The notes under the pieces were generated by a model. The model had not been told where the DNA came from, searched no databases, and saw only the letters and a list, made by a program, of their open reading frames with translations. Position numbers and translations under genes: made by a program. Below are positions 11,882-25,200 of a stretch of 64,000 nucleotides of DNA, piece after piece. Each line of letters begins with the position of its first letter. The first letter of the stretch is position 1. Source of the DNA: Eledone cirrhosa (Eukaryota); NCBI GenBank assembly GCA_964016885.1, contig OZ024741.1:229152001-229216000 (forward strand), written 5' to 3'.

Positions 11882-13600
11882 GGGCAAAGGAGCTCTTAAG
11901 AGTCAATGGCCATCCAAAATCACTGGGAGAGATGACCCCTTGGCCTTTGTCAAGGCAGAATTCTAGGAGAAGGAAAACTCTGATATAACACCTGCAACCC
12001 TGATGATATCCAATGATGTTGACTTGTTCTTCTTTTTGGTAAATATCATCTTGGTTAAGAGAGTGGGACTGACTCTGTGCAATGCCTTTGCTCACTATAA
12101 AAGCTTCACGGCACAGGCATTGCTTTATATCTGGAGATCACTCTGCACTTGTCGTCACATAGTACCATGGGCCCAGCACTATGTGTCAATAATTGTTACA
12201 GGTGTAGTGTTTGTACCAGAGCTTTCAAGTCGCTGGCTGGACTAAAAAGTCACACTCGTTCAGCGCATCGGTAGGGGTTCTCCTACATGGATATAAAGTA
12301 GTGGCCGTATTCGAAAACGAGTTGGCAGCCACCATGTATGTATGTATATATGTCAGGTCACCAGTTGGTGCTACTGGTAACATGTATCCCAGTACAACCT
12401 GTCTCATGGTCAGGTCGTTGGCGACTAAACTGGTAACCCCACCAAGGTTTCTTGGTGAGGAGGGTGACTTTGGACATCCTGCAGGACTAAAAACAAAACA
12501 TGTCAAAAGGCAAAGGAGCTCTTAAGAGTCAATGGCCATCCAAAATCACCGGGAGAGATGACCCCTTAGCCTTTGTCAAGGCAGAATTCTAGGAGAAGGA
12601 AAACTCTGATATAACACCTGCAACCCTGATGGTATCCAATGATGTTGACTTGTTCTTCTTTTTGGTAAATATCATCTTGATTAAGAGAGTGGGACTGGCT
12701 TTGTGCAGTGCCTTTGCTCACTATAAAAGCTTCACGGCACAGGCATTGCTTTATATCTGGAGATCTCTCTGCCCTTGTCGTCACATGGTACCATGGGCCC
12801 AGCACTATGTGTCAATATTGTCACAAGTGTAGTGTTTGTACCAGAGTTTTCAAGTCGCTGGCTGGACTAAAAAGTCACACTCGTTCAGTGTATCGGTAGG
12901 GGTTCTTCTACATGGATATAAAGTAGTGGCTGTACTCGAAAACGAGTTGGCAGCCACCATGTATGTATATATGTCAGGTCACCAGTTGGTGCTACTGGTA
13001 ACATGTATCCCAGTACAACCTGTCTCATGGTCAGGTCGTTGGCGACTAAACTGGTAACCCCACCAAGGTTTCTTGGTGAGGAGGGTGACTTTGGACATCC
13101 TGCAGGATTAAAAACAAAACATGTCAAAAGGCAAAGGAGCTCTTAAGAGTCAATGGCCATCCAAAATCACCGGGGGAGATGACCCCTTAGCCTTTGTCAA
13201 GGCAGAATTCTAGGAGAAGGAAAACTCTGATATAACACCTGCAACCCTGATGGTATCCAATGATGTTGATTTGTTCTTCTTTTTGGTAAATATCATCTTG
13301 GTTAAGAGAGTGGGACTGGCTTTGTGCAGTGCCTTTGCTCACTATAAAAGCTTCACGGCACAGGCATTGCTTTATATCTGGAGATCTCTCTGCCCTTGTC
13401 GTCACATGGTACCATGGGCCCAGCACTATGTGTCAATAATTGTCACAAGTGTAGTGTTTGTACCAGAGATTTCAAGTCGCTGGCTGGACTAAAAAGTCAC
13501 ACTCGTTCAGCGCATCGGTAGGGGTTCTCCTACATGGATATAAAGTAGTGGCCGTACTCGAAAACGAGTTGGCAGCCATCATGTATATATGTATGTATGT
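11881..13600 (+). mobile_element. Head-to-tail array (~2.7 x ~622 bp) of an internally deleted RTE-like non-autonomous element
   Basis: ggcaaaggagctc at 11883, 12509 and 13130; each unit ends in a C2H2 remnant (CSVCTRVFKSLAGLKSHTR) and a (TATG)n tail. Confidence 0.85.
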
Positions 13601-13609
13601 GTCCATATA

Positions 13610-14478
13610 ATTATGCATTAAGCAGTCGAAGGGTACGTTTAATTTATGTGTGTTCATACACAAGGCAGAGTTTAACCGTGACTGCGTCAATATATATATA
13701 GATATATACATTGAGTATATACTCAGGTAAACGTACCAAATGTCCTGATTACTACTACTAGATTTATTAGGGTTTATAAGGACAACGGTTACTTGTGGTT
13801 GTTTGATATACACATTCTTTGATCGGCACTCCGATTAAGGTGGGAAATCGCTTAACAGTATTTATCATTTTTTCAGTTTATAGTGGAATACATGTGAATG
13901 TTTACATATGTGTATACTCAATGTCTATATCTCGTGTCATGTCGTTAAAATTATGTGCATTTTGAGCGATGCCTATTAAACGATGTAAGTTTGAGCGAAC
14001 CTCAAACTGTTTTTTAAAGACACCTTGAGCGAAGTTGATGAAAATAAATATATACTAGAAATCTACAATATTTTTGTACAAATAATTACACTTTTATGGT
14101 AGAAAGAATTTAAAATTCACAACGTTTAAAATCGAAAAGTTTAATTCTAGAAAGAATAAAAATTCAAAAATTAAAGTTGGCCGGTGTTTAAGATAATCTC
14201 TAATTTCTAAATCTTTTCTTGATTCAACGATGCTTTTAAGTCTTCTTAAATGTACGATAGTATATATTTCGCCCACAATTATTCTTCGCTGAAATTACCG
14301 TTCACTTTTATTGTTTCGCTCAAAATATCTTCGCTAAAAATTAACTTCGCTCAAAATAACTTCGCCCAAAAGGATTCGAACCGTATATCTATATACAAAT
14401 TTAAAATCTCGGTTAAACTCTGTACTGTATATGTACAGATATTAATTTAACTTATTTTTCGACTGCTTAACGCAAAAT
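13610..14478. mobile_element. Non-autonomous DNA transposon with imperfect TIRs and subterminal motifs
   Basis: taagcagtcgaa/ttcgactgctta and cagagtttaaccg/cggttaaactctg; TTGAGCGA x3 on the left versus TTCGCTCAAAA-like x6 on the right. Confidence 0.65.
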
Positions 14479-15644
14479 TTCATATATGTTTGTGCGTGTG
14501 TGTGCGTGAGCTAAATTGCATATTAAAGTGTGCACTTAGCAGCTGAAGTATGTTATAAATTCCTATATGCACGTATAGTACAGGTTTTTAACCACAGCTG
14601 CAAGAAATGTGTCTGCAAACACATTTTATATTTAAGCATTTAGACATGCTTATCCGTAGATTGACATAGATGAACAGTTTGACTCGAGTTTGAAACCATC
14701 CTCAGAAAATGTCTACATCTTTCACAATCCACGAAGAAACTCGCAACCAAAGGCAAATATTGCAGAACTAGGAAATTGGATCTACTAATTTGCATATTAA
14801 TACTTACAATGGTAAGTAATTAAATTACATACTGAATTGTGCACTAATCAGTTTCGGTTAAAAATTTCTACGCTATGCACAAATAGGAACTTATTCATAA
14901 TATATATGAAAGCATATTTCCCACACGTTCTATTCAGTCGTTTGTTAAAAAAACGTAGTCCTAGATATGCCCAAAGAGACAGGGTAATTATGACTTCAAA
15001 GCCTTTGATCATAAATCTTCTCCACTGGAACCTGTCCGTGGATAAACCACAAAAACCTGAAAAGATTCACGCCAACAACCACTCCACCATTAGAGATGCA
15101 GCTGCGCTTGTTTCACCATGATATTTCCCACTATATGTTATTCGTAAGGATCCCAATGACAATCCCACATATAGGTTAAATGACCCCTTCAAAATTCTTC
15201 CACATCTAAGTTCGCTCTCCTGAAAGCTATGGATTTCGAGGGGAATTCACTACAATTAATGATTTAGATATCCGGATTATAATGAACGCTAGGAGGTCAT
15301 GTAATATCATGATGGCGTCTACTGGGTCAGAAAGGCAGCGACTTTTTGTTGGACGTCTCCATGAAGGCAATGATGGGTCTGAGATGGTAAGGGCCGTGAG
15401 ATTCTTCATTCTTTGTATCATAGGTCAGAATTTTGAGTTGTATTTATACTTAGTAGAATGATGACTATACTGTTGGTCATTAACTATACTCATTTTTTTC
15501 CTCGCGGAATATTAATTTCTTGTAAAATTTTTAATGCTCTATGCATTAAATATTTTAATACTAACTTAACTATATGCTTGTATATCAATCTTTCTAATTG
15601 TCTCATCATAAGTTTATTTCTAGTAAACTTTTATAATAATATTG

Positions 15645-15932
15645 CTATATTTGGGGATCATCATTTTGCCAATTTTGCCAATGAAAATACTCGCACTATT
15701 CGATTTTCACTTCAGCTTTATTATTAGTTATTAGTTAGTTCGTTAAAGTTCTTTCGTCACACATTCTGTGACCTCTTTGATGACTAGTTGTTCTTCTTAT
15801 CTGTGTCTCGTCTTTTTGTCTTATTCTGTTTACTCCTCCTGGAGTAAACGGAATAAGACCAAAAATATGAGGAAACATCAAATGTTCGTGTTTTTATTAG
15901 CAAAATTAGCAAAATGACTATCCTAAATATCT
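15645..15932. repeat. Old foldback/MITE-like inverted repeat
   Basis: gtcttattctgtttactcc/ggagtaaacggaataagac hairpin; outer tcattttgccaattttgc/gcaaaattagcaaaatga. Confidence 0.55.
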
Positions 15933-16089
15933 GTTTCAACATACGATTTCACATCAAGAATCTTGCAAAATAAATACATAAACGTGTTTAAACTAATCTA
16001 TCCATTAAATATTTTAACTTACCTCGCGTTTTCAGGTGTTTCATAAATATTAATGATAGAATTTTAACGGTTTGACAGGATTGAAATAA

Positions 16090-16273
16090 TTGTTTCTACT
16101 TTTGGCACAAGGCCAGCAATTACCCAGTGCATTAATGGTACTTTATTTTATCGACCCCGTAAGGATGAAAGGCAAAGTTAACCTCGGCGGATTTGAACTC
16201 AGAATGGCAAGGGCCGTAACTCTATTCGTCAAAGCATGGCGTCCAAACCTCTACCGATGCTGCCAATCCACCG
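16090..16273 (-). mobile_element. tRNA-derived SINE
   Basis: A box TGGCAGCATCGG, B box GAGTTCAAATCC, central GCCTTTCATCCTT..GGGTCGATAAA. Confidence 0.85.
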
Positions 16274-16424
16274 ATAGAAATAATTAACAATAAGACTCGT
16301 GCGGCCAACAAACATTTCCATGATACGTTTAGTTTTATTCATTCTAAGTTTTAAGATAACTGTTTCTTACGAAATTCACGCGGTAGCTACCATTGTCAAT
16401 TATTCTATCCTAAATATCGCTAGT

Positions 16425-16765
16425 AGGCAAGGAATTGGCAGAGTTGTTAGAACGTCGGATAGACTGCTTTATGGTATTCCTACCGGCTCTCTGCTCGCTG
16501 AGTTCAAATCCCGCCGAGGTCAACTTTGCCTTTCATCCTTTCGAGGTCGATAAAAAAAAAGTACCAGTCTAGTACTGGAGTCGATTCTTCCTCTATATCT
16601 CTTTCTCATTTGTTTTCTCTCACTTTCTATCTTACTCTGGAAGAAATCTGCTGTACTCGGGCCTAGAAAGGGATGGGGCCTCCTGCCAGGCTTAAAATGC
16701 CCAAGAATCGTTGTATGTCAATACGGCACCCCTACGACTCTATCATGAATTACGGGACCATACAT
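16425..16765 (+). mobile_element. tRNA-derived SINE with alternative 3' tail
   Basis: TGGCAGAGTTGTT, GAGTTCAAATCCC, GCCTTTCATCCTTTCGAGGTCG; tail shared with 30775-31035. Confidence 0.8.
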
Positions 16766-17541
16766 ACATACATCGCTAAATTGTGATCTGCAAAAAAAAT
16801 CTTTCATGGATGTACTGAGGAAAAACTACAAGTTGGCGCTGTACCAGTTTGATAATGAGCGGCTAACCTATGTGAAAATCTTCCACAGATTTTGCTATAC
16901 AGTCTACTATATGTCTGGACAAGCGATATGGACGGCGCCACGATTATGTGTGTATACACACGCGCACACACACACATATATATATATAATATTCATATAT
17001 GCATATAGGAATTAAGCTTTTACTGTCAGATGAATGATGGTGACTGGACATGTAATTATTACACGCATACATATATTTGTATTTCTTAATGTATATGTGT
17101 GTGTTTCTGTATATATGTGTGTATGTATATGTGTATATGAGAGAGTGAGAAATGTGCGTGTCTATATGTGTATACATATAAACATGTGCGAGCGCTTATG
17201 TGAAACATTTATACATACACACAGGCCAATACACACGCGAATATATGCGCGTGAGTGCGTATAGACATATATGTGTATATATTATATATATATAATGTAT
17301 ATATATATAATATATATGTATATATTATATATATATGTATATATAATATATATATATTATATATTATATATATATTATATATATATAATATATATATATA
17401 TATATTATATATATAATATATATATATATATTATATATATATATATTATATATATATATATATATTATATATATATATATTATATATACATTATATATAT
17501 GTACATATACATATACATATATATATAAATATATATACATA

Positions 17542-17610
<69 letters not shown>

Positions 17611-17639
17611 CATATATAAATATATATACATATATAAAT

Positions 17640-20035
17640 TAATAAAAACAATGAATAAAAACAAAGAACAATTTCCTTATATTAAAAAATTCATCATTTT
17701 ACGATCGTTTCTAGGATATATATGTGTGTTGGTATGTATATCATATAGATCTATGTAAAAATATTACAAACTATCAGAGGAAATATACATAACTTCACAT
17801 ATATATGCTGTCTGCAGAAATGATGAGATTTGTTTATTGAAAAAAAACAACAAAGATTTAATATAATAGGTCTGTTTGGGAACAGGTTTTGAGTTGACCA
17901 ATAGAAAAGTTGATAGAATAGTAGTAATATAAATTTAATTTAGGGGTAGAGGAGTGCAGACTTATGTTTTGAATGGAAAGAATACTTTGAATGAAAAGAA
18001 TACTTTGGGGATGAAAAGAGGTCAAACCGGTGAATGGTAGACGAAAATTTGATGTTATTAAAAACGAAGGAAAGTAAAATTTTAGGGTAAGGGTATTAGT
18101 GAGAAATACCAATCTTATTTAAACCACAAGGAATCTAGATCTATAACAAGAAATTAATTTAATTGATAGGTATACTTATAGGGATAAATTTATATTAATT
18201 CATATGGATGTGATAAATAAGAATTATATGTTATTAAAGAATGTTGTTAAAAACGAAGGAAAATAAAATTTTGGGGTAAGGGTAGTAGTGAGAAATACCA
18301 ATCTTATATAAACTACAAGGAATCTAGATTCATAACAGGAAATTAAATTAATTTATATGTATACTTTTAGGTATTAATTTTAGGGAAAGAGAGCTGTAAG
18401 AGGGAAATAATATTATGAAGTTCTCTGTAGTAAAGTACTAATTATAGGTTAACTGAATTAAAAAAATTAATTATAATAATATGTAAAATATAAGTGTAAG
18501 GTGTATATTAATTAGGTTTATAATATTTGAAAGTTCTTCTAATTCTATGATTGCAATATATAATTAATTCTTGTCGCTTATTTAATAGGATATCCTTAGA
18601 TTTCATTATTTCAAAAAGTTCCTGGGACCATAATCTACACTCATATCTGTTATTTGGATAAGGGGTGGCCCTTTTGAGCACACTCCAGGTCAGGTTGTAA
18701 TCGATATTCTTTTTTCTATAATTATTAATTGTTTCAGCCAAGCATGTTGTATTAGCTAATGCGGCATTTTTAAAACTATGTTTGTGGGTATTAAATCTTA
18801 CTTTAAATTGGTTAGACGTAGCTCCTATATATGAATAAGTGGAGTCCTTAGCGCTAATTTTACATTTATAGACTATGTTATTAATAAGACAATTTACATT
18901 TAATGGGCAATTTCTTTTGTTTCTACAGTTACAACCATTCGTGAATATTATATCAGGAGAGTTAGTCAAATTTGGTGTGGAATTTACTCGATTTGATATA
19001 TGTGAAGGAGATGGTGTTTTGTTGCGGTTTATTTTAGTATTATGGTTGGTTTGATGTGTTGGTGCTATATTCGTGGGTTTTTTACATTTATATGCGTTGT
19101 ATGCACTTATATTTTGTTGTATATTTTTGGTAGTGGAGTAGGAAAATTTGACAGTTGATCTATTTAAAATTTGATGGTATTTATGGTTTGGCGGGAAGTT
19201 TTTCTCTAGGATAGTAAAAATATTTTTAGGGATATTATCTTTAATTTGTAGATTAAATGGAGCATTACAGCAAATAACCCGTCTATTACGGTTTCGATAT
19301 TGATTTTTTTTATATTTATACGATGTATCAGGATGTTTACTAAGAGAGTTACTATTAGTGAATTTATTATATATAGGTTAAGTTAGATTAACTGATTTAG
19401 GTGTTTTAGTCTGATTATTAGGAATGTTATTAGTAATGTTGTTAACATATATTGGAGTATTAGGATGAATGGTTTTTTGAAAGTCATTATATTTTATTTG
19501 AGAAGAGGTAGAGAAATTAAGTTTTAGGTTGGTATTTTGGGGTGTAGTGTGAGTGGCATTTAGGTGTGGGTTTTTCATTTGATGTTTGTTGGTAATATTG
19601 GGTTGTATGTTTGAAGTATTATTGGTGCAAGGTATATAGACCAATTTGTTTTGTGGCCGCTTCTAGCTAAAGCTTCGTTATAAAAGGGCGCATTTTTATC
19701 GAATACATCCTGGTTAGATGAAAGGTTAGAGATTCTGAGTGAGATATTATATGCTAGGTTTTTAAGGATAGATCTAGGGTGATTGGATTGTGAGTGTATG
19801 TAATGTAAATTTTGGTTAGGTTTATGGTAATGTTGGTAGATACCCGTAGATAAGTCTAAAGTTATATCTAGGAAATTAACTATTTTACTGGCGTTTTCAA
19901 ATGTAATAGTGAGATTGTAATAGTCTTTGAGGAAAGTTCTAAGTTTTTTGTTTTTTTTCAATTTCTGATAGACTAAGATTAGTGGAAAGAAGAAGACAGT
20001 CATCACTATATAAACCACCTTTAAGATGGGGAAAA
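17640..20035 (-). mobile_element. Decayed Penelope-like retroelement: RT (LYSDD, VNFLDITLDL, SNHP), GIY-YIG (18508-18969), 3' pLTR
   Basis: ORF translations; ~190-bp tandem duplication at 18050-18375. Confidence 0.9.
17691..17826 (-). ncRNA. Hammerhead with ~100-nt helix II insert (A6->C in this copy)
   Basis: tcatcattt-CTGCAGA-[~100 nt]-GAAAC-gatc-GTA-aaatgatga; perfect 9-bp helix I. Confidence 0.7.
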
Positions 20036-20177
20036 GAAGAATTTATGTTAAATAGAAGAAAGAGGCCCACAAGATCGGTAATTTGTGCAGAATCACTAGA
20101 GCCCATAGTAATGTAGGAATAAACCTATATGTATTTCTGGTCCATATACATATATATATATCAACTAGAAATTGATT

Positions 20178-20216
<39 letters not shown>

Positions 20217-20323
20217 AACATATGAAACAATCACAGGGAATAATTTGGAATCTTTGAGCATATTCTACAGTGGATATGGCGCATGTCCCTCGGACATGAC
20301 AGCCTTAATTTAATGTTGGATAT

Positions 20324-20399
<76 letters not shown>

Positions 20400-20405
<6 letters not shown>

Positions 20406-20782
20406 AAGGTATAGCAAATAATGAAAAAGTTTCAAAATAAATTTTAAAAAATTCGAATCCCAAAAATAAACGGAGACCATACGGCCTTCGTTGCAAAGAA
20501 AGATTCTCGTCAGAAGGTTCTTTTCATTCGAAGAATATAAAATTCTTGAATTTAAATTACGAACTAGCGCTATCCAAAACTGTTCCTGAGATGAGAGTGA
20601 ATGAAGTGGAATCAATTTTTTCAAGGGCCGAAGTAAAGATAGAGGCAGAGGGAGGTAGGTCAAACCGGCCGCAACTATCACTAGCAGCAGTCGGAACGAC
20701 CCAATTTGTTTCTCAACAATAGAGTCAATTTTTTAAAATTTATTTTGAAACTTTTTCATTATTTGCTATACCTTGTTTATAT
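20400..20782. mobile_element. Element with ~53-bp perfect terminal inverted repeats in (TA)n
   Basis: taaacaaggtatagcaaataatgaaaaagtttcaaaataaattttaaaaaatt and its reverse complement at ~20728-20780. Confidence 0.75.
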
Positions 20783-20876
20783 ATGTTCTGGCTCGTTAAT
20801 TTATTAACCTGCCATTGAACCACATTGGCATTTGGTTGGACAATACATGCGTCCCTTAGCGCCTTGTGCGTGAAGG

Positions 20877-20942
<66 letters not shown>

Positions 20943-21519
20943 TATATATATATATATATTTATATATATACTAGCAGCCATACCCGGCGTTGCCCGGGTG
21001 TAAATCTACCACTAGTAAATAATTTTTTAAAGAGAAAACAACGTAGCACGAACCCAAAAAAAACATTTATTTTTAACCATAAGAAGTATGTGTTGTTCGA
21101 TGTAAAAACGGTAAAATGTTATGGCATATGAAAGGTGAATGGGTGTAAAAGTGTGACGTTGACGCGGTGAAGCTCCAAACGCGAACTATGCCAGAAGGAA
21201 GTCAGCAGCCCAAAAGTGACTCACATCGAATTTATGATAATAATGTAGGATGTTTGGCAATTCAGGGACTGAAGTCGTTGCGGGATGACGGAGATAATTT
21301 ATGACGACTTTGAGTGAAAGGTACAACTGAGGAGGGTGACATACGTTTGCTACAGTAGAAACATGTAAATCTTTCGTTATGCATTGCGTATATGTAGGCA
21401 TTCTAATGATTTATGTAGTTTGAAATGCTTACCATTCTGTATAGTTGTGGCTGCCAATAGAAATGTTGCTTTCCTTAGACTGATTGCAGTGACATAGACC
21501 AAACATGAAGGACGCTCAA

Positions 21520-22000
21520 AATTCCTCAACCCAAATTCTGCACCAACCTCGATTGCAAAAGTAACAGAGAATAACGAATAGCGATTATTAAGCTAAAAGA
21601 AAAATGCTGAACCAACTTCTATAGCACGAGATGCAGAAAACGAAACACAAAGTTCGATGCGACAGCAAATAAATGCTGAGGCAACTGCTGCTGCTTGGTG
21701 TGCAGAAAACGATTCTCAACCCTCACTGCGACAGAAAGCAAATATTGAGGCAACGTCTATTGCAGGAGATGCAGAGAACTAACCACAGCGTTCATTACGG
21801 CGGCATAGAAATGCTGAGGCAACTTCCGCAGCTCGAGCTGCATCAACCGAAACAAAGCGTCAACTGCGGCAGCAAAGAACTGCGAGTCAACGTCTGCTGT
21901 TTGAGCTGTATCAACCAAAACACAGCGTCAACTGCGGCAGCAAAGACATGTGAATCAACGTCTGCTGCACGCGCTGGCGAATCCATGGAAAACTGGCTCA
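21520..22000 (+). pseudogene. Decayed ORF of 23-aa (69-bp) repeats, STPR-like, antisense to RepHel
   Basis: From 21603: NAEPTSIARDAENETQSSMRQQI/NAEATAAAWCAENDSQPSLRQKA/NIEATSIAGDAEN*PQRSLRRHR/NAEATSAARAASTETKRQLRQQR. Confidence 0.65.
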
Positions 22001-22199
22001 ACCAACCAGAGGGGAACGTGCATTTCAATACCGTGCAGCTCAAAGTGGTCGTTTACAGTCGAAAAGTATGGTGTTATGAATTTCAAAAAGGCAGTATGTC
22101 TACAATTTGGTAATTATTGAAAGCAGCGAGGTATTTGATTGTTAGAAGACGGTTTGTGTCGCAGTGTTGATTACAGAACTTCTTGGTACACAATGTTTG

Positions 22200-25100
22200 T
22201 GGTTTTACCGTTTGGAGCAAATGCATAAAGGTTTATTTTGCTTCCCACTCTGGAACATCCAACGTATAGCTGACGGGGCGAAAAGCATGGCTCTTCTAGG
22301 TTTATTCCCGCGACGGACAATGTTTGCCCCTGAGACTTATTTATCGTCATAGCGAAACTACAACGAACTGGAAACTGGAGCCTCCTAAATTAAAAGGGGA
22401 TCTGTGATGTTGACGGACATAGGGGAATCCTTGGGATAAAACATTTTACCCCTTTCCACACCCCCGAGAGAAGCGTCGCCTCAATCAAGGTTTGCGTTAG
22501 TTTATTTAATGTAAGGCGGGTGCCGTTGCAGAGTTTTGGTGGGTGTAGATTCCTCAAAAGCATAATTAGGCATCCTTGCTTAAGTTCCAATCGATGAGAT
22601 GGCAACTCGGAGGGGTTCAATGAGTTAAGAAACTCAATTGGGTAGTTAATGGGGTCTGTGACTGTATCGATGGACTTGTATGTACACGAAGCTGTAGGAA
22701 GAGACTTAAGCAGTTGTCCGTTGATTTTGTCGACAATCTCATTTTTCGGAGCCAGTATTGCCCTTTCGCACAGCCAGTTTGGATGTTGGTAGTTAGTGCT
22801 CAACTCAGGGAATACTGCATCTGTCAAGGGGTCAGCACTGTCGACTAAAGTGCAGACCGGTTCGAGAGAGATTTTTTCATCTTCATCAAGTGACACTTTG
22901 CCGTTCCCAAGTGTCAATAGGTTGATAGCAAACTCTGATAACACATGGTCACCAAGCATCCGAGCTCTCATGTTCGTAGAGAGCGTTAATGTTGTGACAT
23001 AACGCCAAAGCGGAGATGACTTTAAGCATGATCGAATAGCATCAGCCCTTGTTCCTTTGTGAATAACAGGGAGGGTTTGTCTAAAATTTCCGGATAAAAG
23101 GACAGTCACGCCTCCCATGGGATCCTGGGATCCTCTTATGTCTCTTAAAGTCCGATCCAGTGCCTCCAAAGCTCCTTTATGAGCCATGGTACATTCGTCC
23201 TAAACTATAAGTTCACACCTTTTAAGCAGTTCTGCCTTTTCTGATCCTTTGGTAATATTACAGCAGGGTGTGTCATTTGCTGTCATATCGAGGGGGAGTT
23301 TGAAGGCTGAATGTGCTCTCCTGGCCCCAGGAAGCAAGGTTGCTGCAATACTGGAAGACGCAACAGCAAGTGCTATGTGTCTGTGTTGTCGAACCTTGGT
23401 AAGGAGAAGCCGTGTGACAAAAGTCTTCCCTGTGCCTCCAGGGGCGTCCAAGAAAAAGATTCCTCCCGTACGACGGTGGACACAGTCAGCAATAGTGTTA
23501 TATGCTCGTTCCTCTTCCTGCAACAACATTGGTTCATGTTCAGTGACATATGTAGCCAAGCTGTCAGTGTCGTAGGATAGTTCCCGAAGTATTTCTGCGG
23601 AAATGACGTGGGAGCTTGTTCTGTTGGTTTGGGGCAGGCCATATGACTGCAGTGCATTCCCACCCATTGCAGCAATCATATTTTCAATTTCAATAAGCGC
23701 TTTGTTGTAGAATCCATCTGTGAAGTCTACTTCCATATCAAGAAGTTGTAATTGTGCTTGATGTCTGAAGTCCTCAGAGAGGTCATCTCTGTACTTGAGC
23801 CACAAGAAGGAAGGATCGGGCAATTCACAAATGTACAGTAAGACAGCAAAAATCTTCCTAGGGATGTGTGGCATTTGTGAAACAACTGCTTCTGCCAAAG
23901 TGGCATCCCACTGAGCAGCATTTTCCAGTAGTCCACGCCTGAGGCAAGCCTCTCTGGACGTGTCATAAATTTGGCCATCAACAGTTCTTAGGTGTTGAAA
24001 ACTGGTTGGTCCTCTTACGTCATGGAAAAGCATACGCAGGTAGTAACATTCTTGGTAGATGGAGGGGGAGGGGGGAGGGGGCACTGTGTAAACTCGCGCC
24101 AGGCAGCTGTCAAAGTTAAAATCTGGATGACCATCAATGCTTTCACCTTTTATTCTTGGCTTCCATGAATATTTTCCTCATTTGTAGAAAGAGGGGACTT
24201 GGGGATACAGCAAAGTGCGAGCGAATGCGTCGCCTTGACATAGTTGAAAGAATGCAGTAAGAGTTGTGTTCCTTGGTTACAGAGCCCTCAGAAAAGCTGT
24301 TTGTTTTGTACAGTACACTCTTTGGCCATTTTCCAGGTGCACAGCAAGGTGTAGGACGGTAGGGTATCTTCTGTGCATTGAGAAACGGTAAATTCGACAA
24401 AAGGCCTCGCTAGTACTTATATATCGTGCTGATTGGTACTGTGCAACTTCATCCCGTTTATTTTCTTCTTTAAGCCCGAACATGGCGGCATCCAGGCCCT
24501 TATTTATATACTTGCAGACATATTTGATTGATTTAATAGAGTTGCACCATTCAACATTTATGTGGGAGTTGAACGCCTTGAGTAGTAATGGGCAGTACGG
24601 TACAATCCATCGGTTATCAATTTCATGTTTTCCAACCACTGCTGTTAACCCTCCGTCCTCAGGGTTTCTTCAGCTGTATGATGGGTATCTGTCATCAGCA
24701 GTTTGAGTTTCGCGAAGGAAGGCTTTTGGGTATTTTTTGGAGCAAATACCGTTGTTCAAACACGGGGAGTTAGATTTGAAGCCACGTTCACAAGGACCGT
24801 GAAACCATGTGCGCCGTAACCCTGTCAAATAGGGTTTTGTCAGTTTGCGGGTTTGGAAGCTCTGCGGATATAATCATGTCGATGTCGTCTGCTCTGATTT
24901 TTGTCGACAACCAAATAAGAATGTGAGCATGGGGGAGTCTCCGCTTCTGCCATTCAATTGTGTACATGTAACATTGCACACGTCCAAATACCTGGCCCTT
25001 TGTGATAAGGTCCATTAGTTTGTATACTTTTAGCTCGAAGACTCTGGGTGAGAGGCCATGGCGACCGCTGGGCTGTTGTCCTGGAAGGAGTTCATGGGCA

Positions 25101-25200
25101 ATTTCTTGCCACGAAGGATTGCATGTAAAAGTAATAAATAGGTCTGGTTTGCCGTACACGCGCACATACGTCATCACGTCCTGGGTTCTCCTGGGCTTGG
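22200..25200 (-). pseudogene. Helitron RepHel pseudogene (multiple stops and frameshifts)
   Basis: ORF pieces 24788-25240, 24277-24639, 23200-24084 and 22390-23187 in colinear order. Confidence 0.92.

Noticed and set aside
14678-14708. Minus-strand CTGAGGA..AAAC-tcga-GTC hammerhead-like motif
   Set aside because: G12 is replaced and helix II is absent; possibly a relic but not supportable
14837-15430. Unique, moderately GC-rich stretch as a possible host exon
   Set aside because: No recognisable protein motif or supportable splice structure
16090-16273. A/B boxes as tRNA genes (also the other SINE heads)
   Set aside because: No cloverleaf; followed by SINE core and tail
20040-20250. CTGTGA..GAAATACATATAGG as another long-loop hammerhead (CCTGTGA also at ~27180 and ~34362)
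   Set aside because: The core lacks A6 and the helices are weak; needs a family consensus
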